From: Candidatus Hermodarchaeota archaeon
GTDB taxonomy: Archaea; Asgardarchaeota; Heimdallarchaeia; Hodarchaeales; Hodarchaeaceae
NCBI GenBank assembly: GCA_048886185.1
Contig: JBHLKY010000004.1
Coordinates: 202,576 to 234,575, forward strand
DNA length: 32,000 bases
Reading direction: 5' to 3'
How positions within the stretch are numbered: position 1 is the stretch's first letter; each line of letters starts with the position of its first letter. The position numbers and the translations under genes were made by a program. The notes under the pieces are model-generated. The model saw only the letters and a list, made by a program, of their open reading frames with translations. It did not search any database and was not told where the DNA came from. Of this stretch, positions 8,946-18,784 are shown piece after piece.

Positions 8946-9893
8946 ATGGTTATGGAAGTAAAAACACGGATTAAGGATTATATGGACTTATTTCGGTTTT
9001 CACTTGGCATCTTAAGTTCCATTACGGTCTTGGTTGCAGGTTTTATCATCTTTGTGTTAAGAGGTGAGGAGCCAGATTTTATTATATTTTTATTTAACAA
9101 TGGAGTAATTAATATCCAGGGAATAAGCTTAGGATTACTTGCTACATTACTCCTTGCGTCAGCTATTGAAGCTATCAATGATGTTTTTGATGTAGAAACA
9201 GACATAGCAAATAAAAGATTTGACCGTCCAATAGCTCGTGGTGCCTTTTCTAGAAATTTTGTATTAGGTTTGTGTATTGTACTCTTTTCCCTTTCAATCT
9301 TTCTCTCCATGACTCTAGTATTATTCTTTAACGTTACAGTGTTCTTAGTATTCGCTACCATATTTTGTGTGATCATAGGGATTGGATATAACTATATTAA
9401 AAAATATGGATTGTTTGGTAACATGTGGGTTTCTATAGGGTACGTTGCCCCATTATTCATTGGATTTTTCCTCTTGAAGCCTCAAAATGATCTGATTATC
9501 CTAAATTGCATCTTAATGTTAGTAGCAACTTTCTTTTTAGCAACTGGTAGAGAGATTATAAAAGATATTCAGGATTTTGAGGGAGATAGAGTTTCCAATT
9601 TAAACTCATTAGCTGTCAAACTTGGACCAGAAAAGGCGGGAGTTATGGCAGCAGGGCTCTTTATTGTTGCTGTGATTAGTGTTTCACTAGCAGGAGTGTT
9701 TATTTATAGGAATTTCATTTTTTGGATATTTATTGTTGGCCTAATCATTTTACTTGGAGTCACTTCTATTACGATTTTCACAGAATCTCCTGCATCAGGT
9801 GGGAAGAAAGCTCGGAAGTATACTAGGTGGTCTTTATGGTGGGCTTTAGCGGCGTTTTTTTTTGGTGTCTTTTTCATTCCAGGGATTGAGTAA
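8946..9893 (+). CDS. UbiA-family prenyltransferase, most likely digeranylgeranylglyceryl phosphate synthase (DGGGPS)
   Basis: Asp-rich motifs AINDVFDVETDIANKRFDRPIARG and GREIIKDIQDFEGD, with ~8-9 hydrophobic segments. Confidence 0.85.
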   Translation: MVMEVKTRIKDYMDLFRFSLGILSSITVLVAGFIIFVLRGEEPDFIIFLFNNGVINIQGISLGLLATLLLASAIEAINDVFDVETDIANKRFDRPIARGAFSRNFVLGLCIVLFSLSIFLSMTLVLFFNVTVFLVFATIFCVIIGIGYNYIKKYGLFGNMWVSIGYVAPLFIGFFLLKPQNDLIILNCILMLVATFFLATGREIIKDIQDFEGDRVSNLNSLAVKLGPEKAGVMAAGLFIVAVISVSLAGVFIYRNFIFWIFIVGLIILLGVTSITIFTESPASGGKKARKYTRWSLWWALAAFFFGVFFIPGIE

Positions 9894-9917
9894 AATATGG
9901 AAATAAAGGTGTAGAAT

Positions 9918-11351
9918 ATGTTAAATGAAATCGATAAGCCTGCTCTTAGAAAAAACTCTGAAACTAAAATTCATAATCAAGATTTGCTTTATCCCTTTGC
10001 AATTTTATTGTTCATTTTATCTTTCTCTGATCTAACTGGTTATTTAACCATTCTCACATTTTTTTCTCTACCTATTCTTGAAATCCTAGAAGAATTCTTG
10101 AGAATTGGCTCCACTGAATCAATGAATATATTTGTCAATCTATTGATCAATCTAGCTGCCCAGATGGGTTCTATCGTGATATTTCTCTTCCTTTATAAAA
10201 AGAAGAAAGTCGAACCAGAGGAGAAACGAATGCCTTCTGGTTCTCATCTAATAACTATTTTCCTACTTTACTCAATTTTGTCTACATTTTCGTTTGGAAT
10301 AGCAATCGTTGCAATAGCTCTTGAGGAGTATGGTATTTCCTTTAAGAGTCCATATGAGGTGTTCCAACCAACTTTGGAGTTATTAGGGATACCTATTTTT
10401 TATGTGTTATTTTTTAGTTTTTACATTGTAGGAGCTTCTGTAAGCGAAGAACTAGCTTTTCGGAGAACATTAATACCATTTTTGGAACGACGTGGTCTTG
10501 GAACTTTTTGGGCTCTTCTAATTTCTAGCCTACTCTTTTCTCTGATGCACTCTCCCCAGGATATTCTATTTGGTTCCATCGGATATACTTTTATTCACTT
10601 TTTTGGCACATTTGCAGGAGGTTTAGCGCTTGGATTTCTTTATATGCGTACAAGGAATATTGTTTGGCCCATTATTCTTCATGGATTAAATAATGGGGTA
10701 GCAGCCATAGCACAGATTGCATTAGTGAGGTGGGAGCAGTTAGGGGATTTTTCCCTTTTCATGGTGTATTCAGTCTGGTTTTTCACTGCATTGGCGGTGG
10801 GTACAGCCACGATAGTTTACCTAATTATTCAAATGATAAGATCTAGAAGTTCTCCTTATCCTCCTGTTTGGTTTCGTCTTTTTAAAGATGTTAACGTTCG
10901 TCCTTCCCGTCTTCTTCCGATTAGCTACATTGCTTTAGGCTTTATAGGTATAACTAGTGGTATCCCCCTTATTTTTACCCTTTTTTTCGACTTACTTGAT
11001 GATTCGAGCATGGGATTTCTCATTCTACAATATACTATTGAAGCAGGATTAATGGTTTTATTAATTGCAGTAGTTGCATTTTTCGTTTTTAAGAAAGCTA
11101 GTCCTTTGGAAGAACCTGATTGGGTTTCAAATCTGACTCTTTCTCATACAATAGTTCCAAGCTATCCTCTAGATTATCCTACTCCTGGAGGTTTTGCCCA
11201 GAATTTCTGTGGTTCATGTGGACGTGAGATTGTTCCTAACACTCAATTTTGTGTATATTGTGGTGAGAAGATGTCTGGTACGTGCGTTTCATGTGGAAAG
11301 GAAATTATAGCGAATGCAGAATATTGTGTTTATTGTGGAATGAAAATTTAA
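9918..11351 (+). CDS. CPBP (Abi/CAAX protease type II) intramembrane metalloprotease with C-terminal double zinc ribbon
   Basis: Motifs SEELAFRR, FSLMH and HGLNN, many TM segments, and a C-terminal CGSC..CVYC / CVSC..CVYC. Confidence 0.85.
   Translation: MLNEIDKPALRKNSETKIHNQDLLYPFAILLFILSFSDLTGYLTILTFFSLPILEILEEFLRIGSTESMNIFVNLLINLAAQMGSIVIFLFLYKKKKVEPEEKRMPSGSHLITIFLLYSILSTFSFGIAIVAIALEEYGISFKSPYEVFQPTLELLGIPIFYVLFFSFYIVGASVSEELAFRRTLIPFLERRGLGTFWALLISSLLFSLMHSPQDILFGSIGYTFIHFFGTFAGGLALGFLYMRTRNIVWPIILHGLNNGVAAIAQIALVRWEQLGDFSLFMVYSVWFFTALAVGTATIVYLIIQMIRSRSSPYPPVWFRLFKDVNVRPSRLLPISYIALGFIGITSGIPLIFTLFFDLLDDSSMGFLILQYTIEAGLMVLLIAVVAFFVFKKASPLEEPDWVSNLTLSHTIVPSYPLDYPTPGGFAQNFCGSCGREIVPNTQFCVYCGEKMSGTCVSCGKEIIANAEYCVYCGMKI
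11208..11348 (+). repeat. Tandem zinc-ribbon duplication (2 units of ~24 aa) at the protease C-terminus
   Basis: CGSCGREIVPNTQFCVYCGEKM versus CVSCGKEIIANAEYCVYCGMKI. Confidence 0.8.
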
Positions 11352-11387
11352 AATTCTTTGCCAACCACTTCTGATATAGATCCTCTA

Positions 11388-11876
11388 TTAAGGCGTTTTA
11401 TAACCAATCGTCCGAAGGAATTTCTTCCTTTCTTCAATATCTTTGTCATTTTCAATTCCTTTCGGAGAAAAACCATCAATTACACCTAGAATACCGCGAC
11501 CTTGGTCTGATTCGGCGACGATCACTTCTATAGGGTTAGATGTGGCACAAAAAATCGAAACAACTTCAGAAACGGTCTGAATGCGCTTTAATACGTTGAC
11601 AGGAAAAGCATTTTTCAGATAAATAATGAAAGAATGTCCTACTCCTATCCTGAAAGCCATATCAGAAGCGGTTTTCTCAAGCTCTAGATCATTTCCCGAA
11701 TGTCTTACAAGACAAGGCCCTGAGGCTTCACAAAAACCTAATCCAAACTTGATGACCGTAGAAGCCTCAGATAAAGCCTCATAGAGATCTTCCACTGTTT
11801 TGATAAAGTGACTTTGACCCAAAATTACATTTGTGCCTTCTGGTATCTTAATTTTTATGGATTCTAGATTTATCAT
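11388..11876 (-). CDS. DUF355 family adenosine-specific kinase-like protein
   Basis: GQSHFIKTVEDLYEAL, FCEASGPCLVRHSGND, IFCATSNP and QGRGILGVIDG are characteristic of the family. SD AGGTG upstream. Confidence 0.85.
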   Translation of the reverse strand: MINLESIKIKIPEGTNVILGQSHFIKTVEDLYEALSEASTVIKFGLGFCEASGPCLVRHSGNDLELEKTASDMAFRIGVGHSFIIYLKNAFPVNVLKRIQTVSEVVSIFCATSNPIEVIVAESDQGRGILGVIDGFSPKGIENDKDIEERKKFLRTIGYKTP

Positions 11877-12149
11877 GTCTTACACCTATTTGTGATGATT
11901 CCTTACTCCTCTATTTGAATCCTTGTAAGAATTTCATACTAATACATTGATTAAACATCCTGTTCTAATTCATAAACACACTGATCTAATTTGTAAAACA
12001 GATTGCATTAAAATATAGGTTTTTAATCGATTAAATATCTAAATTTGCATGATTTTCTGAATTATATTTTAATCATAAAGGTGTGAAAAATTATTTTTCG
12101 GGGAATTACTAGAGTAACCATTTTTTTTAGAAAAGAATTCCCATTTCTT

Positions 12150-13658
12150 TTGTTTTTTTCTTTTCTCATGATTTGTAATCTCATGTCTGTAGGGTATATT
12201 CTGCAAAATTCAAGTATTGAGGAAAATAATTGGGAAATACCCTACGTAACCCATTTTTGGCAAGGTTGTAACACAACATTCACTCTTTCTTGGGATGATG
12301 TCCGTTTATCTGATGTTAAGGTGGCTCCAATCGATAAGAAGTACGGAATCTCCCACACTATATTCGCACCATCGTATCGAAGCTATCCAAATAAGTCATT
12401 TTGGAGGTATACTTTTTTACTTGATGAACTTTTCCAAGGATACGATGTTCAGTCACATTGCGGAGAACATGTACATCTCTCACGTATTGACTTGGAAGAA
12501 CAAGAAAAACTAATAAAATGGGGTAAAACAGGAATTGAAGAATTATTTGATTTCACACCAATTGTATTTGCTTATCCTTATGGTGATATAGGAGGCAAAC
12601 AATATGTACTGGAATATTTTGAATTAGGACGAACTACTTCAGGCTCAGGAACAGAATGGCCACCAACGAATTGGCACTTAGAAGGCACAACAATATCAGG
12701 TCAAGGTATTAATGATGGGAATCTCCATTTAATACCTGGAATTATGAAAAATATTTATCGGAGTCCTGGTTATCAAGTGTTTAAAGGATATGGACATACT
12801 AATGACCTTGGAAAAACTTATGGGTTAACTGATTTTGATAGATACGAAGAAGTATTAAGACAAATTGCGAACTGGCCAGATGTGTGGTACACTTCATGGG
12901 GAGAATTAGTTGCATATGAAAAAACAAAGGATCATGTAAAATTTTCAGATGTACAAATTGATAGTAATAAAGTCAGATTTACTGTTTCGACACCAAATAT
13001 AGATACTAATGTTTATAAAGTGCCAATAACGATAGCAATAGTAATCCCGAAATCTTGGGATAATCCGTTTCCTCAGATTGATAGGAAATATTCCTCTCAA
13101 TACTCTTTAAAGCATTTTTCTGATTCGATTGAGTTATATTTAGATGTTACACCAATAAAAAAATCACAAACTGTAACTATTTGGCGGAATGCGCCGATTA
13201 GTGACTATTACCCTCCTAAAATTCATAATTTTCAAATTGAAACTAAAACAATTACTCAAGATTGGGATTCACAAACTCCTAAAACTTCAAAATATACATT
13301 TATGCGATTTGATGTGATAGATGAGTTATCAAACGTGTACCAAGTAAATACAACGGTTTATTTAAAAAATGGAGCAAAATTTACATTTTCTGATATAAAA
13401 AATCCCATATTTTGGAAAAACTCAACATATGGTCGGGTGTTATGGGATTCTACAATCGTAAATACCGATATACCACAAATTGAGAAAGAAGATGTGCTAT
13501 ACACATCTATTACAGCTCAAGATGCTTTTGGAAATACTCTTCACTGCACAATTTATCCTTTTGGGTGGCGAATGGAGAGGATTACCCTTGGAAACCAAGT
13601 ATTACTCCATTTGCCTGACAAACAACCGTCATCAACAAATCGAATATCTCTTATATGA
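12150..13658 (+). CDS. Secreted polysaccharide deacetylase (NodB/CE4-like) with C-terminal beta-rich domains
   Basis: CE4-like motifs TLSWDD, HCGEH and FAYPYG, and a hydrophobic N-terminus. The start codon is uncertain: the frame is open from 12087. Confidence 0.7.
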   Translation: MFFSFLMICNLMSVGYILQNSSIEENNWEIPYVTHFWQGCNTTFTLSWDDVRLSDVKVAPIDKKYGISHTIFAPSYRSYPNKSFWRYTFLLDELFQGYDVQSHCGEHVHLSRIDLEEQEKLIKWGKTGIEELFDFTPIVFAYPYGDIGGKQYVLEYFELGRTTSGSGTEWPPTNWHLEGTTISGQGINDGNLHLIPGIMKNIYRSPGYQVFKGYGHTNDLGKTYGLTDFDRYEEVLRQIANWPDVWYTSWGELVAYEKTKDHVKFSDVQIDSNKVRFTVSTPNIDTNVYKVPITIAIVIPKSWDNPFPQIDRKYSSQYSLKHFSDSIELYLDVTPIKKSQTVTIWRNAPISDYYPPKIHNFQIETKTITQDWDSQTPKTSKYTFMRFDVIDELSNVYQVNTTVYLKNGAKFTFSDIKNPIFWKNSTYGRVLWDSTIVNTDIPQIEKEDVLYTSITAQDAFGNTLHCTIYPFGWRMERITLGNQVLLHLPDKQPSSTNRISLI

Positions 13659-13829
13659 TCAATTGAAACCTAGGGTAAAATGATACAATTGTTGTAGTCG
13701 ATGAAATATTTCGTTCTAGATTACATTTTTATAGCTAGTCCCTCAGTTACAACAAAACTTACGATAATTCTCTACAATTTAGAATAACCTGTTTATATTA
13801 ATTAAGGAGAGTTATTTAGGCGGGTTTTA

Positions 13830-15935
13830 TTGATGTTTAAAAAAAGAATCACGCTTATATTAAGTATTATGGTTTTTTCATTATCAATACTCTCAGTTTT
13901 TAACCTAAGAATCGGATTATCAGCTCTAGATAATGACTTTATTAATTCTAAAGATGTGAATATCTCTATTGCTAAAAATGCTACAGGAGTCAGCTCTCAT
14001 TGTGTTCTTGAATTTACTGTGGAACTTACAAATACGTTGTCTGAATCAGTCCATGACATCACGGGATATGCTTCTCAAGAATCCGCATACATTGAGTTAT
14101 TTCCTTCTACCGAGTTTAATTTTCAAACAATAGAGCCAGGTGCGTCAGTTGAGTTTTCTGTCTTCGCTCGGGTTATAGAAGAAACAACTACTACAGCAGT
14201 TGATGTTTTGCTTATTATTGATGCTAGTGGCTCAATGGGTGCAGAAATAACCTCGGTTCAGCAAAAGCTGACAGAGTTAACAGATACATTGTCATCTGAA
14301 ATTCCAGAGTTAAGAATGGGAGTAATTGTTTATGGATGGGATAAGTATTCTGAAAATCCAATGTCTCAAACAAATAACCAACTTCAATTTACAAACAATT
14401 TTGCTGCTGTAAGAACCTTCATTAATTCTTTATACGCATCAGGAGGATGGGAACCTTGGGGTGCTGCTCTTTATCTTGCTAACACTTGGGAATGGCGACC
14501 AACTGCTCAAAAATTAATTATTATGGTTGGAGATGAGGATTGTGATCCAAGTAATGTTGTGGGAGATTCTGATGGCGATGGTTATTATAATGGCAGCGAA
14601 TTGTTAGATGCTGTGACCGACTTGAGAGAAAAAGGAGTTGTTATTAACACTGTAGTGACTGACGGTCCTGATGCAAATGTTGAGAACCAATTCGGCTGGA
14701 TTTCAGCATACTCTGGAGGTGAGTCGGTTTTTCTTCCTGAACTAGAGCAACAGGGTATAGATTTACCAACATTGATCCAAGAATGGACAATTGAAATGAG
14801 TCGTGAATATAGAAAAGAATTGAATATTACTGTTACCTGGCGTGATGGGGAAGGAACTTACTATCGTAACACAAAAACAGAAGGATTCTGGTTAGATTTT
14901 GCTTTCCCATCAATTATAATATCTGAAAAAGTTACTGCTACAGGAATTGCTAGTTTTTCGGTCGAGATATTAGCGGAAGTTGTTGACTTTTCGCCAATTA
15001 GCTATGTTACTCTTTATCATACTGCCTATGGATCGTGGGGGGTTGCTTATATGACTCCTATCCCAGATAGTTCATATTATCTTACTGAACTCCTTAATGT
15101 CCCTGGACAACACAATTTGACATATTATATTGAAGCCTCTGACATTCTTAGGAATGTTGGATCAACATCTGAGCAATGGTTCATTGTCGAACCTACTCGT
15201 GTAGTAGTTGGAGAGCAAAATACCATCTTTGTCGAGTCAGGTGAGCAGATCTTTTCTTCTTTCACACCTGAAATCTTAGAGAATTATTATCTTATTTTAA
15301 GTGGGGAAGAGCAGATTGATTCTATTGAGGTAAGTATAACCTACGTTGGCAGCGCAGAACCTTTTTACAAGGATTATTCTTCAACTCATTTTCAGAACGT
15401 GTCTGATACTGTCTTTCGGAAAATATTCACTTTTTCTTTGACCACTGACCCCCTTTCCCTGAATATGACAATCCCACTTGATTTGGACGACTTTACTTTT
15501 TCTTATGTCTGGATTAAACTAATTGAGGTTACTGGTGAAAATTACAATGGAAAAATGACAGAAAAAATTCGTGTTCAAGGTCTTGAATGGTTGGCTTCTA
15601 ATGAATCATACTTTATCGTTGATTACAACGCTTCTTCACCTCTTGTTGTTTATGGTGAGGTTTATTCTACTGATTGGTTATATATAGGTCATTTCTCTGT
15701 CATTGATGAATTTTTCATTTCTGAAAATGCAACTTATTATGTAATAATATGGGCAATAATAAGAGAGGGAGAATATGGGATATCCTTAACAACGGAAGCT
15801 CCAGATGTCACTGATTCGTATTATGCAGCAGAAGGAGCGTATCTCTGGGATGGTTCACCAATAGCAGCAGTGATGTTAACTTTTCTTTCATTAGTCGGTA
15901 TTTCAATTATTGTTCGAAGACCTTATCAAAAATAG
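13830..15935 (+). CDS. Membrane-anchored von Willebrand factor A (VWA) surface protein
   Basis: Signal peptide (KKRITLILSIMVFSLSIL), MIDAS motif DVLLIIDASGSMG, GGWEPWG..VGDE, Ig-like flanking regions, and a C-terminal TM with RR tail. Confidence 0.85.
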   Translation: MMFKKRITLILSIMVFSLSILSVFNLRIGLSALDNDFINSKDVNISIAKNATGVSSHCVLEFTVELTNTLSESVHDITGYASQESAYIELFPSTEFNFQTIEPGASVEFSVFARVIEETTTTAVDVLLIIDASGSMGAEITSVQQKLTELTDTLSSEIPELRMGVIVYGWDKYSENPMSQTNNQLQFTNNFAAVRTFINSLYASGGWEPWGAALYLANTWEWRPTAQKLIIMVGDEDCDPSNVVGDSDGDGYYNGSELLDAVTDLREKGVVINTVVTDGPDANVENQFGWISAYSGGESVFLPELEQQGIDLPTLIQEWTIEMSREYRKELNITVTWRDGEGTYYRNTKTEGFWLDFAFPSIIISEKVTATGIASFSVEILAEVVDFSPISYVTLYHTAYGSWGVAYMTPIPDSSYYLTELLNVPGQHNLTYYIEASDILRNVGSTSEQWFIVEPTRVVVGEQNTIFVESGEQIFSSFTPEILENYYLILSGEEQIDSIEVSITYVGSAEPFYKDYSSTHFQNVSDTVFRKIFTFSLTTDPLSLNMTIPLDLDDFTFSYVWIKLIEVTGENYNGKMTEKIRVQGLEWLASNESYFIVDYNASSPLVVYGEVYSTDWLYIGHFSVIDEFFISENATYYVIIWAIIREGEYGISLTTEAPDVTDSYYAAEGAYLWDGSPIAAVMLTFLSLVGISIIVRRPYQK

Positions 15936-15964
15936 AAAATATGAATTGTCATATCAAAAGAAAC

Positions 15965-18376
15965 CTAGAATTTTGGTTTTTTCTCTTTTCTATCTAGCTC
16001 TCTAGCTGGTTGTTCTTCTCCTAATTCCTGAGCCATTTGAGATGGCTTAATATCCTTAATTATGCTGGAGGTGACACTAGATTGGTCTGGTAATATATAT
16101 CCACAAAGTGGACATCTTGATTGCCTGGATAACTCTTTTACTGTGCTAAAATCTAATTTACACGCTGAACACGTGAACGGAAAAATTACTAGATCACCAG
16201 AACAGTTTGGACATCCTGTTCTCCCCACTTTCCGTAAGTCAACGTAATCATTTACACAGATGTATCTTTGACATTGAGAACATTGGAAATAATTGACTTC
16301 AACAATTTCACTCATACAAATCTGGCAAGTACTGCCTTGAGGAGGAATTGGTTCCAACAACAACATTTGTGAGCGCATAATTACAGTTTTGCCAGATAAT
16401 TGCTGATTAGTAAGTTGCCTTTTTACAATTTGAGGAATATCAAGGGATGCTTTGTCAAACGTTTTCGTTAAAAGATTAATTGGAATTGCTTTGCCCATTT
16501 TTAGATCTAGGATCCATGAATTAGCTTCAGGTTGTGGAAATATGTTTCTTCGCATATTTGTTGTTACTACCTTAAGTTTGGATCGGATTGGATCCCTATA
16601 TTTGATTACTCCGAAAGAACTTACTCCTATGATGATTATTGCGATGATAGACAAAATGATAACAATAGATGGATTTGAGTTTTGGTCTAGCGGGTTCGTT
16701 CCCCATTGTTTTTCTATTCCATCAGACCATCCATCTCTATCAGTATCAGAGTTACGGGGATTGGTGCCAATCTGATATTCATCGACATTTGATAGACCAT
16801 CTTCATCTGGGTCATCAGAAGAATCATCAATTCCAATTATGAAGCCATAACGATATTCAAAGATGTTAGGAAGTCCATCATTGTCAAGATCATAGTAAGC
16901 ATCATCATCCAATCCAGCCAATAATCCATTCTGATATTCATATAGATTAGGCATGTCATCACCATCAGTATCCTCTGCAGCATCATTTATCCCTACAAGT
17001 AATCCATTTTCGTACTCATAAAGATTTGGTATCCCATCTTGGTCTAGATCATCTGCAGCGTCATTGAACGTTCCATTAAGCTGATTAAAAAACTCGTAAT
17101 CATCAGGTATCAGATCACCATCTGTATCTTTCAGTTGAGGATTGGTGCCGAATTTATACTCCAAATAATTTTCTAAGGCATCACCATCAGGATCTCCTGA
17201 TCGATCACTGGAATCGCCAGGATTTAAATTATATAAGCGTTCCCACCAATCAGGAATATTGTCCGAGTCAATATCGGTAATATTCCATAGTTTAATGGAT
17301 CTATCAACAGAGCTAGAAGCCAATATTTGTCCTGTTAAATCGTATACTAAATATAAAATTGAAGCAGAATGAGCAGTCAGGTTTCCTAAAAGTTCTCCTG
17401 TAGTCACATCCCAGATTTTAATAGTGTTATCATAAGATCCAGAAGCCAACGTTTTACCATCTGGATTAAATGCTACAGCACGAACTAAATCATTATGACC
17501 AATGTAAGTATGTATCAAATCACCTGTAGGGACATCCCAAATATTAATGAGCTGGTCATAGGAACCAGAGGCTAATTTTTTTCCATCAGGACTGAATGCT
17601 AGAGATACCACGTTATCAGTGTGATTCTCTAAACTCTTGATAATATTCCCTGTTGTCAAATTCCAGAGTATAATTGAATTATCATAAGATCCCGATGCTA
17701 ATATTTGATCATCAGGACTGAATGCCACGGTTCGAACACTGTCAGTGTGGCCTGTTAAGTTAAGAAATACTTCGTTGTCTGACATGTTCCAAAGCTTAAT
17801 GGTGTTATCTTTTGAACCTGAAGCTAAATATTCTCCATTAGAACTAAAATCCACACTCCAAACCGCAGACGTATGTTCTGATAGATTAGCAATTATCCCT
17901 CCAGTGCTAGTATTCCATAATAGGACAGTATTGTCAAAAGAAGCAGATGCTAGAATCTGTCCTCTTGGATGAAACGCTATAGAATAAACAGAGTCAACAT
18001 GACCGATTAAGTCACGGATAAATTCCCCAGTTGAAATATTCCAAAGTTTTATTAAATTATCAGAAGAAGCTGAAGCAATAAGTTGATTATCTGAGCTAAT
18101 AGATAATCCCCAAACTTCAGAAGTATGACCTGTAAGGTTCCATAGGAGAGTGTTTGTTTCATTTATCCTTACAGAGGGGGAAATTCTATTGAATCTTCTA
18201 TCAGAACAAGGCAATAAGGAGTGATCGATGCAAGAATTCTGGTTTGATTCGATTAAGAAAATACCAATCAGGCTTACTAAGAATCCTGTTAGTATAATTC
18301 CTAGGAATTTTCGCTGGATAATCACATAAATCACCATAAAATTTGATTTGAAATAGGAAAAGGATGATTCATACAA
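15965..18376 (-). CDS. Single-pass membrane protein: signal/TM, 7 WD40 repeats, Asp-rich Ca-binding repeats, TM, cytoplasmic RING-like and zinc-ribbon domains
   Basis: Seven GH..WN/WD repeats, eight DxDxDG-type repeats, TM IVIILSIIAIIIIGVSSFGVI, then CQIC-x11-CSQC-x4-CVND-x11-CPNC and CSAC..CPLC. The true start is probably ATG 18337 or GTG 18325. Confidence 0.85.
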   Translation of the reverse strand: MYESSFSYFKSNFMVIYVIIQRKFLGIILTGFLVSLIGIFLIESNQNSCIDHSLLPCSDRRFNRISPSVRINETNTLLWNLTGHTSEVWGLSISSDNQLIASASSDNLIKLWNISTGEFIRDLIGHVDSVYSIAFHPRGQILASASFDNTVLLWNTSTGGIIANLSEHTSAVWSVDFSSNGEYLASGSKDNTIKLWNMSDNEVFLNLTGHTDSVRTVAFSPDDQILASGSYDNSIILWNLTTGNIIKSLENHTDNVVSLAFSPDGKKLASGSYDQLINIWDVPTGDLIHTYIGHNDLVRAVAFNPDGKTLASGSYDNTIKIWDVTTGELLGNLTAHSASILYLVYDLTGQILASSSVDRSIKLWNITDIDSDNIPDWWERLYNLNPGDSSDRSGDPDGDALENYLEYKFGTNPQLKDTDGDLIPDDYEFFNQLNGTFNDAADDLDQDGIPNLYEYENGLLVGINDAAEDTDGDDMPNLYEYQNGLLAGLDDDAYYDLDNDGLPNIFEYRYGFIIGIDDSSDDPDEDGLSNVDEYQIGTNPRNSDTDRDGWSDGIEKQWGTNPLDQNSNPSIVIILSIIAIIIIGVSSFGVIKYRDPIRSKLKVVTTNMRRNIFPQPEANSWILDLKMGKAIPINLLTKTFDKASLDIPQIVKRQLTNQQLSGKTVIMRSQMLLLEPIPPQGSTCQICMSEIVEVNYFQCSQCQRYICVNDYVDLRKVGRTGCPNCSGDLVIFPFTCSACKLDFSTVKELSRQSRCPLCGYILPDQSSVTSSIIKDIKPSQMAQELGEEQPARELDRKEKKPKF
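16684..17275 (-). repeat. Eight thrombospondin type-3-like Asp-rich repeats
   Basis: DIDSDNIPDWWE, DPDGDALENYLE, DTDGDLIPDDYE, DLDQDGIPNLYE, DTDGDDMPNLYE, DLDNDGLPNIFE, DPDEDGLSNVDE, DTDRDGWSDGIE. Confidence 0.8.
17277..18150 (-). repeat. Seven WD40 repeats (~42 aa / 126 nt period), one complete beta-propeller
   Basis: Recurrent L.GH...V.S.AFSPDG..LASGS.D.TI.LW. pattern, with DNA-level similarity between units (e.g. tcataagatcc...catcaggactgaatgc). Confidence 0.9.
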
Positions 18377-18784
18377 CTACTTCCCTATTATGGGTGAATT
18401 CTAAGATCGTGAATAAATGAGTAGTTACAGGTGATAGAACTTCACCTCCTAAAAAAATTTAGTGGGATGCAATAAAAGGATTTCAATGTTTGATTGTTTC
18501 ATTAAATATTGAATAAACCTTTTTTGCTTAATTAGCTCCAATTTTTTTATACATTTAAGAATAGATTAAGGTTTTCCTTAAATTTTACTTTGTCACCAGT
18601 CATAACCTGCCATATAGCATATTTTATTCTTGACTAAGATGTCTAAACGTACAGAATAAAGGCACATTTAGCTACAAAATTACTGTTATAGGATTCAAGA
18701 AGATATAAACAATTCATTCATCAAAAGCCTCCCTACCTGAATCTATCAGATCAAGGTCTGTAACTACGATTGGTGGCAAACTAA

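Noticed and set aside
12083-12150. Possible homopolymer frameshift separating a GTG start (12083) from the deacetylase frame
   Set aside because: Removing one A would join them, but the SD spacing is poor and the downstream TTG/ATG starts are adequate. This cannot be resolved without reads.
16684-18150. Periodic DNA similarity that could suggest CRISPR or a tandem array
   Set aside because: The periodicity is in frame and fully explained by WD40 and Asp-rich protein repeats.
18377-18784. 400-bp intergenic region with coding-looking minus-strand fragments (KYAIWQVMTGDKVKF, NIEILLLHPTK, LGGEVLSPVTT), a strong AGGAGGTGA and a 6-bp inverted repeat (AGGTGA/TCACCT, 18429-18447)
   Set aside because: There is no start codon at SD distance, stops occur in all frames, and no family is recognisable. 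It may be a heavily decayed gene, but this is unsupported without tblastn.
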